From Bispira polyomma (Eukaryota): DNA of 64,000 nt. The DNA lies in assembly GCA_965649765.1 (NCBI GenBank), contig OZ287750.1:68014001-68078000 (forward strand), in the 5' to 3' direction. The notes under the pieces were generated by a model, which did not search any database, was not told the origin of the DNA, and saw only the letters and a program-made list of their open reading frames with translations. A program made the translations under genes and the position numbers. This document shows positions 36,763 to 50,270 of this stretch, piece by piece. The first letter of the stretch is position 1, and each line of letters begins with the position of its first letter.

Positions 36763-39700
36763 AACTGCCCTTTATTAATACGACACAAAACATGTTAAAA
36801 GTGACCTGAACCCAAACTAAGCCAAACATTTTAAATTAGTATAATGGTTTGTTTAAAAATTAAAAGCTGATGTAAAATGATTTCATTAGCTTTAAGTCAT
36901 GAGTCAGTCTCACTTAAAAAAGAGTATCAGGAAAATGTAATTATATATCAAAAGTTGTTTCACCAATTCACCATAAAGAAATGCACTCCAGTAAATTTTA
37001 TCTTTCAATATAACAATGCTACATTGTAGCAAGTCTTTTCTTCCTTGTGGAAAAAAAGTTGGGTGTAAGTCCTGTTGAATTGCACTGATGAAAGACCATC
37101 ACTTGATGGAGTGGAAAAAGTTGGCAGAGTATTGATTGGGAGATGTTGATTTGGTGAATAATTGATGGCTTCAAACTCTAAGCATCTCTGGTAGAATGGC
37201 ATTCCAGTTGGTCACCAACTCTAACTGGTGTTTAATATGGTTTATTTACGCATTGTCTAATTGCTCACTAGCTTTTCGTTCACATTCAAGCTAAGAAATC
37301 TCTCCCTTTACCAGGTAATATTGTCTGGACTACAATATAATGTCCTCCTGTAAGATCTTAAGTCAAACTAATGGCTGGACTAAAGCACATTAACTGAACA
37401 ATGTTTACATCTTGTTTGGTTTATACATGTATTTCTTGTCATCTGTAAAGCTTGTAGTTTACTACTACTGTTTGTTTATATTTTTAATCCCTTAGGAGTT
37501 ATATTAGATCAGATCTGGTATAAAGATATTTAACCTAAAATAATATCTAGTATTAAATAATACCTTTATAAACTATTTTTCATTGTTCCACCTATAAATT
37601 GGACAAACATTTCCTAGAATACTTTATTTATGGGAAGAGGAACTTTTGTGTTTGAAATCTTTGATACTTCAAACTTTTTATAAAAATTTCCCCAGTCTGT
37701 TTTATCTATAACACCTGGTTGAAGATCAAAACGTTAATAATAAAAGTATATAGTATTGCAATGTTCATTCTATAACAGAATATCTATTTTTAACTACACA
37801 AGTGTTCATTACAGCCTCTAGTATTGCTTTTAGAAAATAGACATATATTGGGAGAAGAAATATCTATATAATTACCTACAGTCCAAGTGGACCTTAGACA
37901 TGATGAGGCTTACTGATTTTTTAAGACTTTTTAGACATTTAGATGATCTGACTTTAATTCTACGATCAATAAAACTACAATGTTTTCATAAAAGGTTTTA
38001 CCACTAGTTCAACTTTAGTGGACACCCAAATGGGCTTGAATAAATTATAAGGTGTTGTGCAATATTCAATATATAATATCAGGCAATCCAATTTTAAGGA
38101 CACTGTGTCAAATTTTAATTAATTGTTTTGACGAAATACTTAAATGCAGCTATTTAAGCAGTTATCACTGAAAATGTTATGAAAATAGTTCAATGAAAAG
38201 TTTAAGTTGGCAATGTATTGTGTCCAGAGATTGTAGACTTCAAGTGGCTGGTACTGTTGACTGTTGGTAGTAAAGATTCTGCAATACACAAAAGCTTAAC
38301 ATGAAGAACTTGCCTCCTACAGTTCTTGTAAACAAGTGAAGTCTACAGATCTGGATGTTTCCCAGAGGTTTCATGTAACAATGTAGTGACAGTTCCCTTC
38401 CTGGAGTCGGTAACTGTTGTAGACCCTTCCAAGTACCACTGTAACAGCCTCTTAGTTATTGATTCTTTTTTTTGCAATCTTACCCTTCTCGTTAATGTCT
38501 AACTTTTACTTTGATGTGTCAGCCAAAAGCAAAGTAACATCATAAAAAATTAACCTACTTTTGTTTTTGTTCAACTGGTTTGAGATTCTTGTAAAATAAT
38601 TGGTTGATCTCAGAAAGGTACAATTTTTACTGATGTTATGTGTATTTGTTTAACTTTTTATTTAGTCATTCTTGTGTTGCTTTTAAAGCATCTTGCATTG
38701 TGACCAACTTTATAATCAAGACTCCAGATTCTGAGTATATGGTGTAAAAACATTGTACTGCTTCTGTGCTGTCGGAATCGTGTGTAATCAGAACAACGAG
38801 TAGAACATCTAATAGTTTTTCATGTCTCACTTCAGACTGACTCTTTTTTTATCCCACAGACATTAATGACTCTTGGGAGTATTGTTATTCCACTTGTCTG
38901 GACTAGATCTCACAAAAAACTTACCTCCAGGAGTTCAGATTGGGTATAAATATTTGCATGTACGGTTCTGCAAAATCATAGTCTAACATCAATAGTATAT
39001 TTTGGTGTGTGTTTTACCACAGCTGTTTGAATATTGTCACTCTAGGTATTCATATCAATGTGCCTCTTGTATTCAGTGTTTTATACAATGTTTTTGATAG
39101 TTTTTTATAGCAAGTTACATCATTCTCATTATGGGATATCTGAAAAAACACCATCCTTATTAATGGGATAGCTGGAAAAAGACCACCCCAAAAACTTTTG
39201 AACAAAATAAAGATTTTAGATTTCCACAAAAAGTATGGCTTTGATCTGACAAAAGGTCAACGTTAGTCTCACTCGAGATCTCAAGCTTTTGAGACTCCTC
39301 TTGGGCATATTTCAGAAATTTTTGAACAGTTCTTGTTTGCTACAAATAGTCGTCAGGGAGATTTCTGACAGGAGATTGATGACCTCAAAACTACTGTTTG
39401 ATTAAGACACATTTTAGGCACTAAATACCTGTATGTATTCAGGTTGTATATATTACACAAAATGATGATACATGTTACATGTAACTTTCAGGAATACAAA
39501 TGCTTAAATGTTGTTTGATCTGGACTTGAACTTTTACCCTGAATGTCTTTTGAATGTACTTTTTCTGTTGACACTTTATTAAACTGTATTTTCATGTGTA
39601 TATTGTAATTTGATGTGCTCTTTTTCATTAGTAGATGTGTCAGATCAAGAAAAGCCAGGTAACAGTCAGCAGTACAAGAAGACTGTGAAAGCTTCTGCAA

Positions 39701-39997
39701 AAAAATCAAAGGTAACATTTATTGTCAAAGGACTCACTTAGTTAATTAGTTTTGCCTCGGTGCTGACTGAACATAAGTACTTTTTGCATTAATAGCACCA
39801 GGGCTTTTGCATCTTTACCTAAGGGGGGGGGGGGGGGGGGGGGAGACTATTGAAGAAAACAATGTTGATGTATTGGAGTGTAACATAATGGCTAAAAGTT
39901 ATGGTAATATGTATTAAAAAATTAAACTACCCACAAAATATCTGGATGCTGATATGTGGTCTAATTACAACTCTATCATGTTTTTCTGTTACCTTAG

Positions 39998-40049
39998 GAA
40001 ATGGGAACAGCTTCTGAAATGAAGAAAATTGCACTCCGATCTTCATCAG
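39998..40049 (+). CDS. Probable first coding exon of MYT1-family gene (ATG 40001: MGTASEMKKIALRSSS)
   Basis: tttttctgttaccttag acceptor, CAG|gttggt donor, GAA ATG G context. Ends phase 1, matching the ZF1 exon. Gives an N-terminus of similar length to vertebrate MYT1L. Confidence 0.55.
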
Positions 40050-40414
40050 GTTGGTCTTGTAGAATGTATTATTATCACGAGTGTACCAACTGAACATGAA
40101 TCAAATAGGAAATTATACAATGTATGCTTTAAAGCGTTGTCTTCTATATCTGAACTAACTGAAGATAGTGAAATATGAAGTCCTTACTTTAGACTTATGT
40201 TAGAAACAAAACCTTGGGAGTAACATTCTGCATGGTGTTTAATTACTCTTTTCACCATAATAAAATGCTATTTCAATATACATTTTATGAGAATACACAT
40301 ATTTAAGTTACTTATAATGTTTGGCAATTGTTTGCCATTTAACGAGTTAACCAGATCTTGTAGTTTATAAATGCAACTTATGTAAGTGTAAAGGTATATA
40401 GTCTAATATCACCC

Positions 40415-40700
40415 CTAGCGATGTATCATCCCACTTTACAATTTACACCCCAGCCTGGGTTCTTCCACATATCAACCAATGGTTCTGTCTCAGCTCCCTC
40501 AAGAAGCATACTAGCCATGCTGCCACATAGAGCACAAAGACTAACACCATTAGTGGCTAGGTACCCATTTATACACCTAGGAGGAGAGGGATAACTTTGT
40601 GTAAAGTACCTTGACCAAGGGTACAATTTTCAGGCCTGGAGCAAGGTTCGAACCTGGGACCCTCTGATCCAAAGCCAAACACATTGACCAGGGGGCCACA
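40415..40700 (-). mobile_element. tRNA-derived SINE with CORE-like central domain
   Basis: Minus strand shows a B-box-like GGTTCGAACC head and the cttggtcaaggtactttac...ctaggtgtataaatgggtacc body. Confidence 0.7.
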
Positions 40701-40847
40701 ATAGATTGAATACACTATTGCATACTCCTGTGGCATGGTGTTGAGGGAATTAGTCTGGTGATCATTATTTTGGAGGTATATTATTAAAAACTAAAATCAA
40801 TGAAATCTGATGTACTTGCCATTATAAGAGTTTGTGCATTTGACTAG

Positions 40848-40941
40848 GTTCAGGCCCATCTGTAGTTGATGGAAATGGATGTCCTGTGAAAGGATGTGAT
40901 GGGACAGGACATGTCAACAACAGATACAGCTCCCACAGATC
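40848..40941 (+). CDS. MYT1L: MYT1/MYT1L/ST18-like exon, first half of C2HC zinc finger 1 (..GCPVKGCDGTGHVNNRYSSHRS)
   Basis: CPxxGCDGxGH..HRS motif; TC|gtaaat donor. Acceptor at 40847 (tag) or 40853 (cag), both phase 1. Symbol denotes the family pro-ortholog. Confidence 0.85.
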
Positions 40942-41698
40942 GTAAATATCAGTTATCCTTGTCATTACTTAGACGTAGTTTCATTTTATATGTTTCCATG
41001 GTTACAGCATACGTGTATGTGTGAACAATTGCTGGCAGTCTAAATACTGACTTGGTACATTGTATAATCCACTTCTGTAGTAACTAGTCTCAGTTTTATG
41101 TTTCTATATGAAAAAGTAATTTTAATTTTTTGTGATAACATAAATAAGATGATGGAAACAGTGCATTAATTTGCATAAAAATGCATTAATGACTTATGAC
41201 TAAACAGAATTTTTAAATGTTTCTTCTCTGATCAACTCAGGGTGATGTCATTTCTAGTCTGTTTACTAATAATGCAAAGAAATATGGTCTGGATTTGCTA
41301 TATCATACATGTGAGATAAACTACCAAAACATTTGCTTTACTTTTGTTCTGATTTTATATTTATGCCACATTACCAAGAAAACTTTGTGACAAAACACCA
41401 AGATATTTGTACAAGTCAAGTTGTTTACTATTGAACTTGTGTGATTTGAGGATTTTCATCAAAAATCACATTTGAGTAAAACTTAAACATTTTGTGTGAT
41501 AAATGTAAAGCACTAGCTTTATTCACTTTTGGTACTTTCTGAAGAGTAACCATAACTTTATTAAACTATTGTGTTTGTTAGTACTTCCTCAGGCTTAAAT
41601 CTCAATTATATTATGATAAGGGACATGAATATTGCAATGCAGGTGTTACATTTCACTGGAATGATAGTCCTCTTCATTGTCCTCACTATGTTTTCCAG

Positions 41699-44600
41699 AG
41701 TCATGTCCTGTCCTGTTGCACTAAAACGGAAAAGGGAGTTTGAATCAGTTGTGGAACAAAATAGCCATACAGCTATATCTGAACCTCCAACTAAAAGAAC
41801 ATGCAAGGATGCAGACTCGAGAAACTCTAAAACTACTGAAGTCAAAGAGCTGCTAAAGGTAAAGAGAAGAGTTCTTTTCAGAGACAGTGCAGGTTTGAAA
41901 GTAACTTCCGAGAGCACTGGCGATAGAACAATAAAAGAAACCCCAGTATCTGAATCCAGTATAACACCTGTAAAAGACTCCAGACAGTGTAAACCAGCTC
42001 CTCAGAGTGTGGTAAACAAAAAGTCATACTCACAAAACAAATGTAAATCAGACCCAAAACAAGATAGAGTGGATTCCCAAAAAGTTTCCAGTAGAAATGG
42101 GCATGGCAGACGTTCAACAAAATCATTAGTAATGCTCACTCATAAAGATATAAAGTTGAAACCAGAACTAAAGGTGAATCAGCAAAAAATGAAACTCAAA
42201 GCTGGAAGCATTAAGACAGCAGTTCATTGTAAAAACAAAGCTATCACCCAATCTGATGGCATCAAATCAAAATGCATAAACAGCGGAAAACTGAAAACAT
42301 TAGCAGTCACAAGGTTATCATCCAGGTCCGCATCCGGGGGTAAAGGTCAAACTGTAAAGACAATCAATGCTATCAAAGTCAGTAGGAGTAGTGAAAACAG
42401 GAAATCCAATCAAACCAGCTCCTTATCTACAGCTCATGTATCATCAGTACATAATCACATAACAGAAAAGGTTTTGTCAGTTTCTTCATCTGATGATCTA
42501 CTGAAAAGAGAGGCAGAGACAAAAGCATTTAGAAATCAGGTGCAAAGAGGTAATTCTATTAATGTAAATCAAACAGGTAGTAGTTACCAACCTTCTCAGA
42601 AGAGTGTAGAAAGTGCATGGAAAGATCAAATTAAAAGTGAAGGCAAAGCAGATGTTGTCGTTGAAGGAAGATTCCCTAAACAGAATGTAGAAAAGAATAG
42701 TATACCAAAGCAGGGTACAGAAGATACAGTTACAAAAGTAGTACATCTGAAACAAAGTAATACTGATGATGATAATAGAAGATTTAATCAGTCATATACC
42801 AATCTTGAACCTAGTCAACAAGTTGCTCAACATCCAGAATTACAAGATGATCAAGAAAAATGTCTTACATCATTAAACACAAAAATAGAAACCCAGATGA
42901 CCATTGACCTGGAAAATACTTCACCTGAAGAAACCAACAGTCCATTGTCAGCACAGTCTGTTGTAAGTAATGACGCAGAGCAAGAAATAAGAGAATCTGA
43001 AACTAAATTGGCAGCATCTATAGAAGGAGATGTGAAGTCTGCTATAGGTGTGATCCATGTTAAACAGCAGACCATTTCTGAAAAGGAAAATGAGAAGCTA
43101 GAACAGAGTGAAGGTCAGGAAAACAAGACTTTACTTAGAAGTGATGAAAATTTCACCTGTGAAGATCAAAATGAAGCTCGAAAATGTACAAGTATTAACA
43201 ATGACATGTCTCTGATACAAGAACAAGGTGATGCAATTGATGGTGTCTTGTCTCAGCTGAAGTATTTAACACAAGGGGGTGTCACTGTAAAAGAAAAGTA
43301 TATCACTGAAGAGGTAGTTTCAATTAAACACTCCCCATTACAGAGAAATGTGGAGAAAAATGATTCAAGTAAAGATCTATCTTTAACAAGAGATTCACAG
43401 TCACAGGTTACACTCAAAACAGTGGAAACTAACTCTGGTAGTGAAGGTGTGCCAGATAAGTGTCAAAATCCAGCAGACACTAAAAGCAAATCTGTGACAA
43501 CTAGAGAAAGACTTGTAAATATGCCAAATATTGTAAAGACATCAGACAATGTGTGTAAAGGCAACTTTACTATCACGCGGCCCGAAAAGGGTGAGAATTC
43601 TACTTCAGTCATTCCAAGCAGTTCTAAGAGTACTCCTGTCAGAAGTAAGCCAGCACCTGGTGAAATAACTCAGACTGAGTGTCAAGTTACTGACACCAGT
43701 ACAACAGATTCTAGTCAATCCAACTCAAGTTTGCTGGTTACCAAACTAAAGGATGAATGTATATCTAGTCAAGATAATAACCCAATTTGCTCAAATGATC
43801 ATGGTAACAGTAAACAGATGTCAAGTAGCTCTGACATTAGTGAACAAAACAAGTGTGTATCTTGTCAGCCAACAAGTATTAACAACACAGAAGTCATGCA
43901 TAGCAAAGCAAGATATTGCAAAGACAAACTTCTAAAGGTTGAGTGTATATTTAGTCAATTGTCACAAGACTGTTTAAACCAAAAAGGTGTAAACCAAACA
44001 GACATACAGGAAAATTCCTGTGATGTGTCAGACATTAACAAGTTAAATTGTGTGATACAAAGGGATGAATGTATAACTGGTAAGATACTCTTATCTAATA
44101 TTTCAAATGTTACAGACAAAAGAAATGGTAATTTGGATTCAGGTATTCCCAATGGTATATCTGAAACTGATGAGGTTCTACATATTAAGAACATTCCTGA
44201 CACTTACAGTGGTACAGGTTGCAAGCAAAATGATGGTATAGCTGTTTCTTCTGATTCTGTCTTGAAAGAGGCCAGTGAACAATTCTCTCCACAAACAAGC
44301 CATGATAAAATTACTACCCCAGAACTAGTACAAGACAACAAAAATATGACAGGAAGAAACAGAAATGATACGTTCACTAACAATGTGCCAAGTTTAACCA
44401 CAGCACATGAATCCGGCAATGATTTGAAAGAAGTGAAGTATACTGACACAGATGTTGTGCATGTTCTGTCAGAGCACAGAAACAATGATCAGCTAAAATT
44501 TACAAAATTAAATATTCCAAATTGCCCTACTAAAGAAAGAGTCAGTCATATGAATCTGCAGGTTAAATCTTCTTCTCACAGAGTTGTAAGTGTGGATAAA

Positions 44601-46413
44601 GATGAAAACAAAATGATTGGAAGTGAAAACACATGTAGGGAAGGCGGTAGAACTACTGACTCTGGTGAACCTGATAGACCAGAAATCAAGGTGCAACACC
44701 AAGAACAGAAAAGCAGTCAAACATCTGCAAATATAAATGGAGGTCTAACAGTGTCTAACACAAGTTTACATAGAGGTGTAGAGTCTAACACGAGTACACA
44801 AGGTGGTGTCCAGTCTAACACAAGTACATGGGGAGGTGTAGAGTCTATCACAAGTACACAAGGTGGTGTAGAGTCTAACACAAGTACATGGGGAGGTGTA
44901 GAGTTGAACACAAGTACACACGGCAGTGTAGAGTCGAACACAAGTACACACGGCAGTGTAGAGTCGAACACAAGTACACACGGCAATGTAGAGTCGAACA
45001 CAAGTTCACACGGCAGTGTAGAGTCGAACACAAGTACACACGGCAGTGTAGAGTCGAACACAAGTACACAAGGCAGTGTAGAGTCGAACACAAGTACACA
45101 AGGCAGTGTAGAGTCAAACACAAGTACACACGGCAGTGTAGAGTCGAACACAAGTTCACACGGCAGTGTAAAGTCGAATACAAATACACACGGCAGTGTA
45201 GAGTCGAACACAAGTACACACGGCAGTGTAGAGTCGAACACAAGCACACAAGGTGGTGTAGAGTCGAACACAAGTACACAAGGCAGTGTAGAGTCGAACA
45301 TAAGTACAAAAGGTGGTGTAGGGTCTAACTCAAGCTCAAGGGGAGGTGTAGAGTCTTTCACAAGTACATGGGGAGGTGTAGAGTCTAACACAATTACACA
45401 TGGATCAGCACTTGTATTTGTCACTGCAGAAAAGCAGCAAGCTGATACTGCTTCAGGGGGATGCATTATAACATCCACCACTACACCAGTAGGTATGAAG
45501 AGCACAGCCACAACCTTAAGGGGTAAAGACACATCAGTCAATGAAGGGTTGGCTGTAGAAACCTGTCAGAGTATGCAGGAAATTAAAGAAGTCTCGGAAA
45601 GCTCAGTCGATGCATGCAGAGATAAAGAAGAACTCACTACTGAGGTTGGTGTAGAAGAAGAGAAAGAAAATAAGGACATCATTCCTCAGAGTACACCACC
45701 TGAACAAATAACCACACAACTTATGTCTCCCTCACAGTCTGACTCTGAACCATCAGTGAGTTTACGACAAAGAGATGGTTCTGTATCAGAAGTTGAAGTT
45801 GGTTCTGCATTGAAAGTAGATGAAGCTCAAACTATTTCAACAAGTAAAATAAATGAAAACATAGTACAGAGGCTGAATTTCAGTGACTTAGGTAAGAGTG
45901 AAAACATCCCCTTTCAGTTTAAGCCTGTACCAGAAATTAGTCGTGAAGAAATATTATTTGATAATGAAAAGCTTTCTCCAATAATGGCCAAGAAAGAAAT
46001 TGAAGCTTTAAAGGTAACTGATGGTAATCCTTTATTGTGCAGCTTAACAAAGGATAATGGAAATGCAGAGCCAAAGGAGATTGTTCATTATAAAGAGATT
46101 GAGATTGTAAAGGACAGAGAGGTTCATAAAGAGGCAGGAACCATGGCTGAAGTGCCAGCAGACTGGACTAAGTCTTGTAGTCAACTACAGCAGCGTGAGG
46201 CAGAATCAGCTCGGACACTCTTAGAACTGGCCAATCAACTGTCACTCTCAGATTACAGCTACTTAGTGCAGTCAGGACAGACGGGAGGAGACAAGGCTAT
46301 ACTGGTCCAAACTGGCTCACAGACTGTGGCAGAAGGCAGGTTACCCACATCTACTGCTGGCCTGCTTACTCCAGGAAACATACGAGCTGCTCTGGCAGAA
46401 CTGACAAAGAAAG
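41699..46413 (+). CDS. MYT1L: MYT1-family giant exon (4715 bp): end of ZF1 (VMSCPVALKRK) plus ~1560 aa low-complexity S/T/E/K/N-rich region
   Basis: ttttccag acceptor completes the Ser codon and ZF1. Uninterrupted ORF 41571..46544; AAAG|gtgagt donor, phase 1 matches the next exon (KK-ESKCP). Confidence 0.9.
44752..45401 (+). repeat. Coding 30-bp minisatellite (~21 copies; SNTSTHGSVE-like decapeptide)
   Basis: In frame within the giant exon. Confidence 0.96.
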
Positions 46414-46743
46414 GTGAGTCTTACGTGTCATTTATACGAGTAGTACTGTTCAGAAGACGAAATATGGACATTTACATGCTCAATTCTCAAAAAGATAAAA
46501 AAGACTGCTATGTTCTTATACTCAACACCACAGGGTGTAACTGAAATGTATGCATTGTATTAGAAGTATTGTCATGTATTAATGTATTGCCTAAATTGTA
46601 GACTGTCGTCAGTTATGAACATTCAGGCATTTTAATGTACTATAATGTTTCTATGATCTAGTAACATTTTTGTGACCAAGTGAAACACAATATTTTCAGG
46701 TTAAGATTCAAAAAATGTTATCAAAATTTGATTAAAAAAGTGA

Positions 46744-48701
46744 TGTTACAGAGAGTAAGTGTCCCTCTCTATTGTATCCTGTCCTCTGTTTACAGAGAGT
46801 AAGTGCCCCTCTCTATTGTATACTGTCCTCTGTTTACAGAGAGTAAGTGTCCCTCTCTATTGTATACTGTCCCCTGTTTACAGAGAGTAAGTGTCACTCT
46901 CTATTGTATACTCTCCCCTGTTTACAGAGAGTAAGTGTCCCTCTCTATTGTATCCTGTCCTCTGTTTACAGAGAGTAAGTGTCCTTTTCTATTGTATACT
47001 GTCCTTTGTATACTGTCCCCTGTTTACAGAGAGTAAGTGTCCCTCTCTATTGTATACTGTCCTCTGTTTACAGAGAGTTAGTGTCCCTCTCTATTGTATA
47101 CTGTCCTCTGTTTACAGAGAGTAAGTGTCCCTCTCTATTGTATACTGTCCCTTGTATACTGTCCTCTGTTTACAGAGAGTAAGTGTCCCTCTCTATTGTA
47201 TACTGTCCCCTGTTTACAGAGAGTAAGTGTCCCTCTCTATTGGATACTGTCCCCTGTTTACAGAGAGTAAGTGTCCCTCTCTATTGTATCCTGTCCTCTG
47301 TTTACAGAGAGTAAGTGTCCTTTTCTATTGTATACTGTCCTTTGTATACTGTCCCCTGTTTACAGAGAGTAAGTGTCCCTCTCTATTGTATACTGTCCTC
47401 TGTTTACAGAGAGTTAGTGTCCCTCTCTATTGTATACTGTCCTCTGTTTACAGAGAGTAAGTGTCCCTCTCTATTGTATACTGTCCCTTGTATACTGTCC
47501 TCTGTTTACAGAGAGTAAGTGTCCCTCTCTATTGTATACTGTCCCCTGTTTACAGAGAGTAAGTGTCACTCTCTATTGGATACTGTCCCCTGTTTACAGA
47601 GAGTAAGTGTCCCTCTCTATTGTATACTGTCCCCTGTTTACAGAGAGTAAGTGTCTCTCTCTATTGTATACTGTCTCCTGTTTACAGAGAGTAAGTGTCT
47701 CTCTCTATTGTATACTGTCCCCTGTTTACAGAGAGTAAGTGTCCCTCTCTATTGTATCCTGTCCCCTGTTTACAGAGAGCAAGTGTCCCTCTCTAGTGTA
47801 TACTGTCCCCTGTTTACAGAGAGTAAGTGTCCCTCTCTATTGTATACTGTCCCCTGTTTACAGAGAGTAAGTGTCCCTCTCTATTGTATACTGTCTCCTG
47901 TTTACAGAGAGTAAGTGTCTCTCTCTATTGTATACTGTCCTCTGTTTACAAAGAGTAAGTGCCCCTCTCTATTGTATTCTGTCCTCTGTTTACAGAGAGT
48001 AAGTGCCCCTCTCTATTGTATACTGTCCTCTGTTTACAGAGAGTAAGTGTCCCTCTCTATTGGATACTGTCCCCTGTTTACAGAGAGTAAGTGTCACTCT
48101 CTATTGGATACTGTCCCCTGTTTACAGAGAGTAAGTCTCCCTCTCTATTGTATACTGTCCCTTGTATACTGTCCCCTGTTTCCAGAGAGTAAGTGTCCCT
48201 CTCTATTGTATACTGTCCCCTGTTTCCAGAGAGTAAGTGTCCCTCTCTATTGTATACTGTCCCTTGTTTACAGAGAGTAAGTCTCCCTCTCTATTGTATC
48301 CTGTCCCCTGTTTACAGAGAGTAAGTGCCCCTCTCTATTGTATCCTGTCCCCTGTTTACAGAGAGTAAGTGTCCCTCTCTATTGTATACTGTCCCCTGTT
48401 TACAGGGAGTAAGTGTCCCTCTCTATTGTATACTGTCCCCTGTTTACAGAGAGTAAGTGTCCCTCTCAATTGTATATTGTATAATGTCCCCTGTTTACAG
48501 AGAGTAAGTGTCCCTCTCTATTGTATACTGTCCCCTGTTTACAGAGAGTAAGTGTCCTCTCTATTGTATACTGTCCTCTGTTTACAGAGAGTAAGTGCCC
48601 CTCTCTATTGTATACATATTGTCTCCTGTTTACAGAGAGTAAGTGTCCCTCTCTATTGGATACATGTTGTCCCCTGTTTACAGAGAGTAAGTGCCCCTCT
48701 C
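46744..48701 (+). repeat. 44-bp minisatellite (~42-44 copies, AGAGTAAGTGTCCCTCTCTATTGTATACTGTCCCCTGTTTACAG) ending in the ZF2 exon acceptor
   Basis: Directly visible; the unit includes the first 18 exon nt; contains a 336-bp higher-order duplication. Confidence 0.98.
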
Positions 48702-48794
48702 CAGGCTGTGACGGGACAGGACATATTACAGGCCTGTACTCACACCACCGCAGCCTGTCAGGCTGTCCACGCAAAGATAAACTCACTTCAGATG
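48684..48794 (+). CDS. MYT1L: MYT1-family exon, zinc finger 2 ([37 protein letters not shown])
   Basis: tttacag acceptor (last unit of 44-bp array), G|gtaagt donor. Near-identical to the MYT1L finger [29 protein letters not shown]. Confidence 0.95.
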
Positions 48795-49859
48795 GTAAGT
48801 CAACAACTCACTTCTCTACACCAAATACTCTGGTAGATCTGTGTGTGAAACACAGGGGATGACGCATTTTTAAAAACCCAACATTACGATGGACATATAC
48901 AGTAAAACCTTGTAGAGCAAGATTTGTTCAGATAATAGAATCTTCATAAAATAGAAGAGGGTGTTTCTGTATGAAACAAAAGGTAAACACAAATTTTTAG
49001 GGTTCATAAAATCAAATATTCTGATCATAAAAGTTTGGATAATAGAAGTGCTACTGTACTTTTATTAATTACGATGCACAGGCATACTGAGATGTATATT
49101 TGATTTTTTTCTTTTTTGTGACATCACAGACTAGACAGGTGGTTTAACTATGACATCATCACCCAAACCAGGTGATGCAATTTGATTTCATTGGTCAGGG
49201 GATTATTAATGCTCAGTAACCAAGGTTTGACCACAACAAGTCATTCATAACATGGTCACGCAACTAGTTACACGTAAGGGAACTCGGAGCAACATAGCCT
49301 CGTTTACTACATATTTGAGATGTATATTTGATGGACAGATTTCAAAAAGAAACAATATTTTGGGTGTTTCTTTCCACTATTATTGTAAATTGTAATTTTA
49401 GAATTTAGTTAAAATCCCTAGTTTCTGGCTTTATTCCTTATTTATAGTCGAGCAGTTTTTTACCCACTGATGAGGTTAGAACTTAGAAATCTTGGAGTTA
49501 TTATTGACTCTTGGTGGTCATATTTGAGATATGTATTGTACTTGCTATGACCACATCAGGAACCTGTGCAGGATCAGTAATTGTTAATCTGGTTAGTAGC
49601 CATCTGGACTTACATAACTGCTGTGTGGTGTTAGTAAAGCTTTAGAGGGTCCAAAATACTGTTGTACTGTCTATCAGCCACTTTAATGCCATTGACAGTA
49701 GAACCTCTATTATCCAAACATGTTGGGGGAGCAAGATTTTGATCGAATAATAGCAGTTTAATACCAACATTTTGGTATAAAACACTAGGAAAATGATAAT
49801 TTGAGAGGGAGTAATCATAAAATCAAATACTTATAAGGTACAGCTGTCTTATCTTGAAG

Positions 49860-50270
49860 GTAGTTCACATCAGTCATATCTCATCTTATCCGAGTTATCC
49901 AACAGCCCTCCTACCTCGCTTCCCTTCTCCCTGTCAGTAACCTGAAGAGAGGCAATGGACTCTTTGTTTCTTCTTTTCGACCCACCAGCAAGGCAGGATC
50001 CAGAGCTTTCTCCATTGCAGCTCCCTTGTTATGGAACAGTCTCCCAGTTGACCCCAGATCAGTAGATACACTTATTGGTTTTAGGAAAAAGCTCAAAACC
50101 TGTCTTTTTACCCTTGCCTTCCACCCTTGTTCTCTTCTGTACATCCCAACATCTTTCTTTATGACCTTGCTATGCACATGGACTTAACGATTGGATCACT
50201 GATTCTGTTGATGCGCTTTAGAAGATGCCTATTATCAACAAGGCACGTTTAAAATGCATAATAATAATAA
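49860..50270 (+). mobile_element. L2-clade LINE 3' end
   Basis: RAFSIAAPLLWNSLP...FRKKLKTCLF, followed by a 3' UTR and (AAT)n tail. Confidence 0.8.

Noticed and set aside
39632-39711. Possible exon (DVSDQEKPGNSQQYKKTVKASAKKSK) with AAG|gtaaca donor
   Set aside because: Plausible splice signals, but its phase-1 start has no supported coding partner. It may be a UTR exon; too uncertain to call.
41571-41698. Hydrophobic signal-peptide-like N-terminus of the 1657-aa ORF (would suggest a secreted mucin)
   Set aside because: It lies upstream of the ttttccag acceptor at 41698. The exon completes zinc finger 1, so this part is intron read-through.
44717-45541. Overlapping alternative-frame and antisense ORFs
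   Set aside because: By-products of the coding 30-bp repeat.
46744-48701. CRISPR-like appearance of regular short repeats, here and in the other arrays
   Set aside because: Units are head-to-tail with no unique spacers, no cas genes are present, and the context is eukaryotic and intronic.
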